Below are positions 18,955 through 28,414 of a stretch of 64,000 bases of DNA, piece after piece. A program made the translations under genes and the position numbers. This DNA comes from Bacteroidales bacterium (GTDB lineage Bacteria > Bacteroidota > Bacteroidia > Bacteroidales > M50B96). Within the stretch, counting starts at the first letter, position 1; every line of letters starts with the position of its first letter. The stretch spans positions 7,781 through 71,780 of the forward strand of contig JAIPAR010000001.1 of NCBI GenBank assembly GCA_021739985.1, read 5' to 3'. A model generated the notes under the pieces. That model was not told the origin of the DNA. It made no database searches and was given only the letters and a program-made list of their open reading frames with translations.

Positions 18955-19404
18955 ATGAAGAACATCATTTTCTCAATGCTTACCATAACTTTACTTAGTG
19001 TCTCAGCCTGTCAGCCTGAACAAGGTTGTACCGACCCTGACAGTATAAATTACTCGGCTACCGCTGAGGAAAATGATGGTTCCTGCACCTATGAATCATC
19101 CCTGGTATTCTGGTTTAATGCCAACACCAGCCTATTCTTCCAAAATAATTATATGGATGAATTAAAAGTATATGTCGATGACATTCTGATAGGGACGATG
19201 CCTTCCAATTCTTCCTATTTGTCAACCCCTGATTGCAATGCAGGCGGAATTACTTACAATGCTAACCTGGGTACAGCTAAAACAAAAACCATCAGCTTCA
19301 TCATTAAATATCCAGTTTATTATCCGGAACCGGCTGAATATGATTATATTAGTGGATCACTTCAAATTCAGGGTGGTCACTGTCAATCGTATCAAATTCA
19401 ATAG
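18955..19404 (+). CDS. hypothetical lipoprotein
   Basis: Lipobox LLSVSAC followed by a GCTDPDSINYSATAEENDGSCTYE Cys motif. Confidence 0.55.
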   Translation: MKNIIFSMLTITLLSVSACQPEQGCTDPDSINYSATAEENDGSCTYESSLVFWFNANTSLFFQNNYMDELKVYVDDILIGTMPSNSSYLSTPDCNAGGITYNANLGTAKTKTISFIIKYPVYYPEPAEYDYISGSLQIQGGHCQSYQIQ

Positions 19405-19576
19405 GCTATCCGGAATTTCTGAAAATGGCATTCCCAAAACTTACTTTACAATCGGGAAATAGTTTATACCCATTGAAATTCATTTCAATAAGCGTTTATA
19501 CCAGATATTAATCAGATAATACGGTATAAAACAAGATTTCGAATGCTCGGATTAAATAATCCCGAAGATTTCAGGA

Positions 19577-20569
19577 TTAATAGTTTCGAACAAATAAACG
19601 TTCTGCGAACTCAAAAAGGATTTTCTTTCGTTCGGCTGGTGCTGAAACCAGATTAAGTGAAGCAAGTGCTTTTTCATAGAGAATTTGCTGTGTTTCCCGT
19701 GTAATAGTGTCAACCCCAAGCTCTACATAGCGTTTCCGAATTTCCTGAACCCGTTCCATATCACTTATTTCATTGTTATTCAGCACGTTTAGAATATCAG
19801 GAGCACCATCTTTCCCGGCGATTTCCAAGGCTTTAATTAGTAAAAAAGTCTTTTTCCGTGAGACAATATCACCTCCAATAATCTTCTGAAATTGGCTGGG
19901 GTCTCCAAAAACATCCAGATAATCGTCCTGAATTTGGAAAGCAAGCCCGATATTAAGTCCGAATTCATATAAATGTTCGGCATCTTCCAAAGTAGCATCG
20001 GTGAGCAAGGCTCCAATTTTCAAGCTGCCGGCAATCAAAACGGATGTTTTTAACTCAATCATCCGCATATACTCCTCATAAGGAACCGTGGATTCCTGCT
20101 CAAAATCCATATCAAACTGCTGCCCCTCACAGACCTGAATAGCTACTTTATTAAATACCTGAAGAATCTCTTTAAACCGGGGATTATTATTTTGTATCAA
20201 CATTTGATACGATAAAATAGCCATTGCATCGCCAGACAAAATCGCAATATTGGAATTCCATTTTTTGTGAACGGTTGGATTCCCCCGCCGGACATCCGAA
20301 TTATCCATAATATCATCATGAAGTAAGGTGAAATTATGGAATACTTCCATCGCTACGGCTGTTTGGACAAAATCTACAATTTTATCCGTAAAAAGATTGG
20401 CAGCCATTAATACCAATGCCGGACGAACGCGTTTTCCACCGATTTCGAGGATATACTGAACCGGCTGATATAATTGCGCCGGTTCTCGAACTTGCAGGAG
20501 ATCGTTGGATTTTATTTCTGTTTCAATCAGGTCAACAAGTTGCGGATACGAATATTGATAAAAGCTCAT
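19577..20569 (-). CDS. polyprenyl diphosphate synthase (trans-IPPS family)
   Basis: FARM LLHDDIMDNSDVRRG and SARM FQIQDDYLDVFG aspartate-rich motifs. Confidence 0.9.
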   Translation of the reverse strand: MSFYQYSYPQLVDLIETEIKSNDLLQVREPAQLYQPVQYILEIGGKRVRPALVLMAANLFTDKIVDFVQTAVAMEVFHNFTLLHDDIMDNSDVRRGNPTVHKKWNSNIAILSGDAMAILSYQMLIQNNNPRFKEILQVFNKVAIQVCEGQQFDMDFEQESTVPYEEYMRMIELKTSVLIAGSLKIGALLTDATLEDAEHLYEFGLNIGLAFQIQDDYLDVFGDPSQFQKIIGGDIVSRKKTFLLIKALEIAGKDGAPDILNVLNNNEISDMERVQEIRKRYVELGVDTITRETQQILYEKALASLNLVSAPAERKKILFEFAERLFVRNY

Positions 20570-21495
20570 TACAGATGTCGGTCTTTTTTTGAGGCGTAAA
20601 TATCGGCAATTGTTATCATTATCCCGGTATCTTCCATATTATTAAAATACGGATTGTCAACTGTTCCAAAACTTTTCATGCTTGGACTTATGTTAAGATA
20701 GGTATTCATAAGCGGTGGGATGTTTTCACCCCGATTCCGCACTTCACGGGATAATATACGCAAATTTTGGTCCCGGTCATCCGAGTTCAGGATACTTTCA
20801 AGGAGTTCGACCGGATGATTCATTACCAATGGGTTGACTGCACGTACCAGCGAAGGTGTTTCTTCACAATGTTTCTGAAAGAAATACATGATGAGGTCGC
20901 GGGCTAGCGGGTCAAAACTTTTATATAAGGATACCTGACCGGTGAAATATTTCAACCTTTCATTTCGAGTGATAAGACTACCCAGACCATTCCATAGGTT
21001 GTCGAGTACAAAAAGAGTTTTCCGCTGATCGGAGGTTGATTGAAATTCGGGATGAATAAATGAGCGACCCAGCTCAATTGTATAAGGAAGATAATCGTTA
21101 ATAAACCGGTCGGAATATTCAAAAAGCCTGGCTGTACCCAGCCGAAAGCGACCTTCCTCTTTATCCGCTTTCCAGCCTTCCATATAGCGATATCCTCCTA
21201 CAATCATCTTTAACTCAGGATTCCAGACAATAAGTTGTTTATAGGGATTGGGAGCTGTATCGAGGGCATCGATATCAGCTGATTTCCCTGTACCACTGCC
21301 TACATGTCGAAATGATATTTCCCTGATACGGCCAATTTCCTGCATCACAATCGGGCTGTTGTGTGCCGTTATCTCATAAATTTCATTATTGTCCCGATTC
21401 GTTTTGCGGATTAATTTTTCAGGAGATAATTGTTCCTGAACTAATCCGGGATCAATGGGTGGAATGATGGGGTGTATGTTAACGTCTGCTTGCAC
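20569..21495 (-). CDS. GNAT-fold N-acyltransferase of the OlsB/GlsB (lipoamino-acid, formerly 'hemolysin') type
   Basis: LIRKTNRDNNEIYEITAH...MQEIGRIREISFRHVGSGTGKSADIDALD...YKQLIVWNPE resembles Bacteroidales glycine-lipid N-acyltransferases (recognised from memory, not searched). A TAATG overlap links it to the downstream gene. Confidence 0.7.
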   Translation of the reverse strand: MQADVNIHPIIPPIDPGLVQEQLSPEKLIRKTNRDNNEIYEITAHNSPIVMQEIGRIREISFRHVGSGTGKSADIDALDTAPNPYKQLIVWNPELKMIVGGYRYMEGWKADKEEGRFRLGTARLFEYSDRFINDYLPYTIELGRSFIHPEFQSTSDQRKTLFVLDNLWNGLGSLITRNERLKYFTGQVSLYKSFDPLARDLIMYFFQKHCEETPSLVRAVNPLVMNHPVELLESILNSDDRDQNLRILSREVRNRGENIPPLMNTYLNISPSMKSFGTVDNPYFNNMEDTGIMITIADIYASKKDRHL

Positions 21496-21584
21496 GCGAA
21501 TCAGGAATTAATACTCCTTAAAAATACGATTTCAGGCCTTTTGTTCAAAATCTAAATCCTTCATTTTAGGATTTTTTTGAAAAA

Positions 21585-23966
21585 TTATTCTTTGTATTCT
21601 TCTGAGAATTCATTATCGTCTGCATCTTCATATACATCGATAATTGGGTCTTCGGAAAAGGACTTTGTAGTAATCATCTTTTCCAGGGTTAATAGAAGTG
21701 CGGGTAACAAAACAAAGTTTGCCAGCATAGCAACCATCAAGGTAAACGAAACCAACAAACCTAAGGCGAAAGTTCCTCCAAAATCAGAAACCATAAATAT
21801 TCCAAAGCCAAAAAATAAAATCACTGCGGTATAAATCATCGATACACCAACTTCACGCATCGCTCGAATCACCGATTTACCAATATCCCAATTGGTAAGT
21901 TCCAAATCCTGACGATATCGGGACAAATAGTGAATGGTTCCATCCACAGAAATACCAAAAGCAATGCTAAATACAAGGATGGTAGAAGGCTTAATGGGAA
22001 TCCCAAAAAATCCCATGACAGCTGCCGTAAGAATCAGCGGTACCACATTGGGAACGAGTGAAATCATAACCATCCGGCCTGAGCGGAAGACAAGTGCCAT
22101 AAGGCCGGCAATAATTACGATGGCTAAAGCCAAACTTGAGTACAAATTCTTAATTAAATATCCGGTTCCTTTATAAAAATTAACGCTTGCACCAACAATA
22201 CTAACAGTATAGTCTTCAGCAGGAAAAATATCCTTAACAATGGGTTCTAAATCACTCATGATTCTTCGCCATTCAATTGTCCCAACATCTGCGATACGCA
22301 TGGATACGCGTGTAATTTGTCCGGTTGAATCTATGAATGAGCTTAACGACCGGGATCCTTCCGTACTTCGGCTCAGGTAAGACAGTAATACTCCTCTTTC
22401 CTGGGAATTTGGCAGGCTGTAATAGCTTTCTTTTCCATTATAAAAAGCTTGTTTAGCGTACTTCACCCCATCCACAATGGAAATAGATTTTGAAAATTCG
22501 GGAAAGGAATCCAATCGTTGCTGAAGCTCATCTATCTTTTTTAATACTACCGGCGAAAGAACACCTTTTTTCTTCCGGGTATCAATCATAATATCCATGG
22601 GCATTATACCTCTGAAATTATCTTCCAAATACTTTAAATCCTTAGCAACCACATGCTCGGGAGATATATCATCTACCAGAAAACCTGTGGTTTGCATCAA
22701 GGTAATACCATATAGACTTATTACCACGATTATCCCTGTAATAAAAATGGATGTTTTCCGGTAATAAACCACGATATGCACCAGTCTGTCAACAGCTAAA
22801 TTAATAAGTTTCTTGTCTAAATGATTTGTTTGCCGCGCATTGGGTGGTGGAAGGAAACTAAAAATGATTGGGATTAAAGTTAAAGACAGCACATAAACGA
22901 CCATTACATTGATGGATGTCACTATTCCAAATTCTACCAGCATTTTACTGTGTGTCAAAATAAAGGTTCCAAATCCAACTGCGGTCGTCAGATTAGTCAT
23001 CAGGGCAGCCTTACCGGTTTTAATTATAACCCGTTGGAGTGCCCTGATTTTATTCCCATGATGCCGATACTCAACCTGATATTTATTAAGGAAATATACA
23101 CTGTTTGGAATTCCTATAACAATTACCAGGGGTGGAATCATCCCAGAAATAATGGTGATTTCATATCCAAATAAAACCATCGTACCCATTGCAATGATTA
23201 CGCCGATAGCCACAACCAGCATCGAGAAAAAAACTACCCGGAAGGACCTGAATAAGATTAGTAGAATTAATGCGGTCACCAGGAGAGCCAGGTAGATAAA
23301 TCGGATAATTTCCTCCCTGACAAGAATGGATAAAATCGTACGCGTATAAGGCAGTCCACTATAGTGGATTTTAATATCAAATTTCTCCGAAAAAACACTA
23401 GCGATACGTTCTATTTCATTCATCAAAGACTCACGGCCTTTACTTTCAACAATTTCATCCTGAATCGTAATTGCCATGGTATAAGAATGAGTTGAATCAT
23501 TATACAGCAGCCCTTTATAGAAAGGAAGAGAATGGAAAAGCCTACTAAGTGAATCAACATCTTGCTGTGAATTAAGCGAATCTCTGGTGGGGTTATGTGC
23601 TTCAAATCGCTTTTCTTCAGAATTTTTCTTTAGCATCCAAAAATGCCCGGGCGAGAGAACTCCCTGCACACCCTTTAGTTTTCGGATTTCATCACCCATC
23701 TCAATCCATGAGACAAACTTTTCGTATTGATAAAAAGTTGAATCCTGCACCGAAAGTATCATTACCATGGATTCGTCCTTAAAAACCTCCTGGAATTTTA
23801 CACCCTGAATATAGGTAGAATCAGACTCCGGAATAAGATTCGCATGATTATAAGAAATTCGCAAGAACTGAGAATGATAGCCCATGAAGCCAGTAAGAAC
23901 CAGCACAGAAACGATTATCGCAATCCGATTTCTGAGAATAATTCCTGCTATCTTAGTCCAATTCAT
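21585..23966 (-). CDS. MMPL/RND-superfamily exporter (two 6-TM bundles)
   Basis: 793 aa with duplicated architecture: TM1, a large periplasmic loop, then five TMs, twice. SSD-like membrane segments. Confidence 0.85.
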   Translation of the reverse strand: MNWTKIAGIILRNRIAIIVSVLVLTGFMGYHSQFLRISYNHANLIPESDSTYIQGVKFQEVFKDESMVMILSVQDSTFYQYEKFVSWIEMGDEIRKLKGVQGVLSPGHFWMLKKNSEEKRFEAHNPTRDSLNSQQDVDSLSRLFHSLPFYKGLLYNDSTHSYTMAITIQDEIVESKGRESLMNEIERIASVFSEKFDIKIHYSGLPYTRTILSILVREEIIRFIYLALLVTALILLILFRSFRVVFFSMLVVAIGVIIAMGTMVLFGYEITIISGMIPPLVIVIGIPNSVYFLNKYQVEYRHHGNKIRALQRVIIKTGKAALMTNLTTAVGFGTFILTHSKMLVEFGIVTSINVMVVYVLSLTLIPIIFSFLPPPNARQTNHLDKKLINLAVDRLVHIVVYYRKTSIFITGIIVVISLYGITLMQTTGFLVDDISPEHVVAKDLKYLEDNFRGIMPMDIMIDTRKKKGVLSPVVLKKIDELQQRLDSFPEFSKSISIVDGVKYAKQAFYNGKESYYSLPNSQERGVLLSYLSRSTEGSRSLSSFIDSTGQITRVSMRIADVGTIEWRRIMSDLEPIVKDIFPAEDYTVSIVGASVNFYKGTGYLIKNLYSSLALAIVIIAGLMALVFRSGRMVMISLVPNVVPLILTAAVMGFFGIPIKPSTILVFSIAFGISVDGTIHYLSRYRQDLELTNWDIGKSVIRAMREVGVSMIYTAVILFFGFGIFMVSDFGGTFALGLLVSFTLMVAMLANFVLLPALLLTLEKMITTKSFSEDPIIDVYEDADDNEFSEEYKE

Positions 23967-24215
23967 GTAATAAAAATGTTAAAAGGCCTGCAAAAATAAT
24001 ATAAATCTCCAAAAAGTAAGATGATTTCATCGCATGATAATCTTGGTCTTACAAATAGGGCTTGCCTCACGACGAATGTTCGAGGATTACCACTCTACTT
24101 AAACGAGTTAGTATATCCATTTAATATTCAACCCATCCCAAAAATGATATCATGCTAACAGAAAGGAAACTCTGATATTAGTCAGACGGCTTAACTTAGA
24201 TGTAAGTAATTGATT

Positions 24216-24956
24216 TTATGCGATTTTAGCTGATACCTTCGTCTCCTGATGGCCTGATTCAGAGATAAAAGTAACCACCTTTCCTTTAACTGAAGAATAG
24301 GCTACTACAGTCATTTGCTTTTTTAGGTTGGTATCAAATTGGTCAAACTTAATGGATTGACGCTTTACTGTCAAGTCCTGAAGATAATCGCTCAGGCGGG
24401 TACCTAAATCGGTGCTGGCTTGAAACAGTGACTTTCCATTTAGATTGGTATTTTCAAGTTCGAAAAGCTTAAGGAATTCCGAATTACATTCCTGAAAGAT
24501 AAAATCTCTTTGACGAACTGAACGGGAGTGTTGAACTTCAAAACAGGCAAAAGCTTCATGCCAAGTCTCTTTTTGACAACGTTGATGCTCTTTTACAAAA
24601 TAATCATGCAATTCAATGCTTTCAAAAAAATTAACACTTGGTGATTTATACGACCTTAAAAAATGAATCAATTCCTCATTTTTGCTATCATATTTTTCAA
24701 AATAAAACAGGGAAATTTTATGGATGAACAACTCTTCCGCCTCATTCAATGTTATTTTATTTTTCAATATAGACTTTATTTTCCGAGCTCCTTCTTTTTT
24801 CTGTTCGACTCCACCGGGGAAAATCCGATAATCCAACAGCGCTAAAAGAGTCTGAAAATCAAATGCCTTCTGTTTCCATTTCCTGAAAACAAAAACAATT
24901 AAGGCTACAGCCACCAAGAATAATACAATCCAAATAAGTCCAAACATGTCCTTCAC
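24216..24956 (-). CDS. membrane-anchored hypothetical protein with C-terminal PAS-like fold
   Basis: N-terminal TM LIWIVLFLVAVALIVFVF. The C-terminal ~110 aa (FEVQHSR..RDFIFQECNSEFLKLFELENTNLNGKSLFQ...MTVVAYSSVKGKVVTFISE) looks PAS-like. Confidence 0.5.
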   Translation of the reverse strand: MKDMFGLIWIVLFLVAVALIVFVFRKWKQKAFDFQTLLALLDYRIFPGGVEQKKEGARKIKSILKNKITLNEAEELFIHKISLFYFEKYDSKNEELIHFLRSYKSPSVNFFESIELHDYFVKEHQRCQKETWHEAFACFEVQHSRSVRQRDFIFQECNSEFLKLFELENTNLNGKSLFQASTDLGTRLSDYLQDLTVKRQSIKFDQFDTNLKKQMTVVAYSSVKGKVVTFISESGHQETKVSAKIA

Positions 24957-25011
24957 AATGACAACGCAAAGGAATGAAATAGTTTTGATAAATAAATGCT
25001 TTTAACAAGCT

Positions 25012-25764
25012 TTATATATTTTTGGGTAATCCATCTTCCCAATTGCCATACATCGGGTTTGGTAAGATGATAAAATGGGTTCCAAATTGTTGCCGTAAAC
25101 TGTCAACCTGATGAAACCCAAAATGCTGGCTACGGTCTTGAAACACATCGGAGAAATCGCCCAAATTATCACCAATTAAGAGCAAAACCTGATAAGAATT
25201 CCGAATGACAGCTCTTCGGCTCTCTTTGCTTGAGCTTTCTTCTTTAAAATATAAATGATCCGCGGTAGCATAGGGAAACCCCAACGCTATTAAATTCTTA
25301 AGAGTAGCTTCGGTTTCATTTATTTTTCGATTCGATACGTATAGAATATGTATGCCTAATTCCTGAGCTTTCAGACAAAATTCCAATGCGCCGGGTACAG
25401 CACCTGCAGCAGCACTATCTACCCAAGCTTTCCAACTTTCAGCAGTATAGCGAATATTTGTGCGAATCAGATTCAACTCATAAGGACTATTATCCAAAAT
25501 GGTTTCATCTACATCGACAATAACTGCTGGTGTTAATAAGGTTTTGTCCTGAATGGAATTAAGCTGTATGAGTTGGCCGGCCTGTTGATAGCTTTGATAG
25601 CACAACGCCCGATATTCGGCACTGTATTTTTGCCACATGACTGCCAGATACAAATCGTTTCCGGATGGTTCCTCCTGAACAAATGCTGCGTTTTCCGGTT
25701 TTTTTGATAAATTACAGGAAGCAAACAAGCTAACTGTCAGAATGAATAGTAAATAGTTCTTCAT
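25012..25764 (-). CDS. 5'-nucleotidase / class C acid phosphatase, lipoprotein e(P4) family (HAD superfamily)
   Basis: Start at ATG 25764 gives lipobox LFASCN. Motifs DVDETILDN and GDNLGDF. Confidence 0.85.
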   Translation of the reverse strand: MKNYLLFILTVSLFASCNLSKKPENAAFVQEEPSGNDLYLAVMWQKYSAEYRALCYQSYQQAGQLIQLNSIQDKTLLTPAVIVDVDETILDNSPYELNLIRTNIRYTAESWKAWVDSAAAGAVPGALEFCLKAQELGIHILYVSNRKINETEATLKNLIALGFPYATADHLYFKEESSSKESRRAVIRNSYQVLLLIGDNLGDFSDVFQDRSQHFGFHQVDSLRQQFGTHFIILPNPMYGNWEDGLPKNI

Positions 25765-25940
25765 ACAAAAATCATATCGTTTCAAACAAATCCTGACAAA
25801 GCAGGATAAAATATAGTCGTAGTGCGTAAAAATACATTGGATTTGCTAAGCTTCAGCATGATCTTTATTTTTTTTGTGCAGAAATTGAAACTTCGTTGTA
25901 ACTTTCCATGTTCCTAATCGTATAGAGTCCGGAAAACCTA

Positions 25941-26426
25941 ATGACAACATCTGAATACAATCGAAGCGTAATGGAATACTCCGATGGAGTTTTCCGATTC
26001 ATCCTCAAGCAATTGAAGGATAGCGAACGTGCGCGGGATATTGTTCAAGACACTTGGGAAAAGCTTTGGCTTAATCGGGATGCAGTTGATATTCAGAAGG
26101 TTAAATCCTGGGTTTATACAACAGCTTACCATCGGATGATTGATGTGATCCGAGTTGAAAAACGCATGATTCCCAAAGATGAAATGCCGGATTATCGAAC
26201 CACGGAGGGTCAGCCCAGTACAGATTTGAATAAATGGCTGCATCAGGCACTCGATTTATTGCCCGAGATACAGAAAACCGTAGTGCTGCTGCGGGACTAC
26301 GAAGGTTACTCCTACCAGGAAATTGGAGAAATCTGCGAACTAAACGAATCTCAGGTGAAAGTGTATATTTACAGAGCCAGACTAGCGATGCAAAAATACC
26401 TGGTCTCGATTGAAACAGTCATCTAA
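25941..26426 (+). CDS. ECF-type RNA polymerase sigma-70 factor
   Basis: 161 aa with region 2 (DIVQDTWEKLW...YTTAYHRMID) and region 4 (LPEIQKTVVLLRDYEGYSYQEIGEI). Confidence 0.9.
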   Translation: MTTSEYNRSVMEYSDGVFRFILKQLKDSERARDIVQDTWEKLWLNRDAVDIQKVKSWVYTTAYHRMIDVIRVEKRMIPKDEMPDYRTTEGQPSTDLNKWLHQALDLLPEIQKTVVLLRDYEGYSYQEIGEICELNESQVKVYIYRARLAMQKYLVSIETVI

Positions 26427-27585
26427 CAGGCAACAACCAAAACGCAACAACGTGAACAGAGAAGCAATTCATATCAACAACTACGAAGCCTGGCTGCTCG
26501 ATTATCTGGAAGGAAATCTAAATCCTTCGGAAATCCGGATGGTTCAATTGTTTTTGGCAGATAACCCTGTTGTCCGGGAAGAATTTCTCGGGATGCAGCA
26601 AGCCGATGATATCGCTCTCACTCCAGACCCCGTAACATTTGCCGGAAAGGCCGAGCTTAAAAAGCCTGACATTCTATCCGAAACAGAAATTTCGTATGAA
26701 GATGAACTTGCCATTAAAATCCTTGAAAAAGATGCAAGCCCCAAAGAAATAGATGAATTCAACCGGCTGTCAAGCAAATCAAAAGCTTATCGCCAAAAAG
26801 CCGGGCGCTTTCTCTCTTTGCGGCTTACACCAGACACGTCCCAGCTTTTTCCTCTCAAATCGGGTTTAAAACGATATACACTCATCCCGATTTCAAAGAG
26901 CCGTATGATGCAATTTAGCGCTGTAGCCGCAACTCTTGCCGTTTTACTTTTCGCAGCTGATATCTTTGTTGAAACGTTGCCAGTCGAATCTCATCAGGCA
27001 ATCCAGCCAACTCACATTCAGGAAAGTATAGTGAACCCGGCTCCGGAGCTGGCCTCACAGGAAAGTTTCAAGAACCCGGCTCCGGAGCTGGCTGCAACTG
27101 AAATAGTTAAACCGAATTCCAACGTAACTACGAATGGCCATACCTCTGAAAATCAGATTGCTTCGGTCGTTCATACACCTCAACCTGACATACAAACGAT
27201 GTCTGTAAATGTGGAAAAATTATCATCTCGAAAAATACAGGCAATCCAGGATGTATATGGCAGAAAAGAATTTCACGCCGGGCTCCTGAGCGAAATAGTT
27301 CCTGATTTTGCATACTTCCCGGCTGATGAAATCATTGAATCAGAGCCAATTAGCCTACAAGAATTTTTAATTAGCCGCTTTAAAAAGACCATACTGGGGA
27401 AACAGGTAGATGAAGTAAATTCCACCAGTCTGAAAGCCTATGAAGTAGCTGATGCCGGATTGAATCAATTGGATAAACTGGTCGGAAAAAATTTCTCCTG
27501 GAAAGCTCAACGAGACGAAAAAGGGAGTCTGATTAGTTATAATCTCAAGACCCCCTTATTCGAAATATCTAAAGGAAAAGAATAG
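26410..27585 (+). CDS. putative anti-sigma factor (single TM) with uncharacterised C-terminal domain
   Basis: It overlaps the sigma gene's end. It has an N-terminal YEAWLLDYLEGNL zf-HC2-like position and a central TM MMQFSAVAATLAVLLFAADIFV. The start is uncertain (TTG 26410 or a downstream GTG). Confidence 0.55.
   Translation: MKQSSNRQQPKRNNVNREAIHINNYEAWLLDYLEGNLNPSEIRMVQLFLADNPVVREEFLGMQQADDIALTPDPVTFAGKAELKKPDILSETEISYEDELAIKILEKDASPKEIDEFNRLSSKSKAYRQKAGRFLSLRLTPDTSQLFPLKSGLKRYTLIPISKSRMMQFSAVAATLAVLLFAADIFVETLPVESHQAIQPTHIQESIVNPAPELASQESFKNPAPELAATEIVKPNSNVTTNGHTSENQIASVVHTPQPDIQTMSVNVEKLSSRKIQAIQDVYGRKEFHAGLLSEIVPDFAYFPADEIIESEPISLQEFLISRFKKTILGKQVDEVNSTSLKAYEVADAGLNQLDKLVGKNFSWKAQRDEKGSLISYNLKTPLFEISKGKE
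27019..27096 (+). repeat. in-frame 39-nt tandem duplication inside the anti-sigma gene
   Basis: Units 27019-27057 and 27058-27096 are identical at 33 of 39 nt by my count. They encode QESIVNPAPELAS / QESFKNPAPELAA. Confidence 0.9.
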
Positions 27586-28335
27586 CTATAAGCCTAATTC
27601 AAATCCAACTAACAGCATAGGCACTTCACCGGCATTCAAGTTAGCCGGCACTTCATTTTCAAGCAATAATTCATTTAAGCGATACTGGGCAAAAAAGGAA
27701 TAGGATTTCCAGCCAATACGCACGCCAGCACCATAATTATAGGTATTCATAAAGCTGAGTTTCTTGTAATTAACCTCCACTTTTTCCGCATAATTGCCTA
27801 AAAGCATGGGGTCCAAACTATTTGTTTCCTGCTCATAAAAATAGTGTCTCATACTATTAATATCTCCGTAGGCGAACAAATCAATAAATTTCCCCAGCGT
27901 GTTTCCCCGTTTACCTACATTAATCCGAAGATAAGGTGATAATCCCCAGGAGCCAATATTGTACATTTCCTGGGTATAAACGCTGGAGCTGCTTCGTTCT
28001 GTATCAAAATAAATCCAGCTCCATTTGTAATATATATCTGTTCCCAATGCAACATGATTGTTCAATTTGTATTTATATCGAATTCCAATAGGTAATTGAT
28101 AGCCACTCTTATACGCTTTGACTGCTGTTGCTTCGGCAGATTCAGTGACCATCACTCCAAAATTGTAAAAGGTGTGAATAAAATGTCTGTAATTTGGACC
28201 AAATTTCGGCTCCACCAGGCTGTCCGGTACACTCTCCTCGAGTACAACATCTTGAGCATTAAGACTCATACTCCCAATGATTAGGCCAATAAGTAAGATT
28301 AGATTCTTCATATACATTAGTTTAGTTGTTATCAA
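27586..28335 (-). CDS. outer membrane beta-barrel (porin-family) protein
   Basis: Signal peptide, alternating aromatic strands, and a C-terminal LLVGFELGL. Confidence 0.65.
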   Translation of the reverse strand: MITTKLMYMKNLILLIGLIIGSMSLNAQDVVLEESVPDSLVEPKFGPNYRHFIHTFYNFGVMVTESAEATAVKAYKSGYQLPIGIRYKYKLNNHVALGTDIYYKWSWIYFDTERSSSSVYTQEMYNIGSWGLSPYLRINVGKRGNTLGKFIDLFAYGDINSMRHYFYEQETNSLDPMLLGNYAEKVEVNYKKLSFMNTYNYGAGVRIGWKSYSFFAQYRLNELLLENEVPANLNAGEVPMLLVGFELGL

Positions 28336-28414
28336 TTACATCCGGAATTTCTTATGTTTTCCTGTCAAGTAAAAAATAATATATTGAGATAAAGGTACTT
28401 TGAACCCATTTTGA

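Noticed and set aside
21577-21834. 85-aa plus-strand ORF at the 3' end of the MMPL/RND gene
   Set aside because: It is antisense to the transporter's C-terminal coding region and has a Ser/Lys-rich low-complexity translation.
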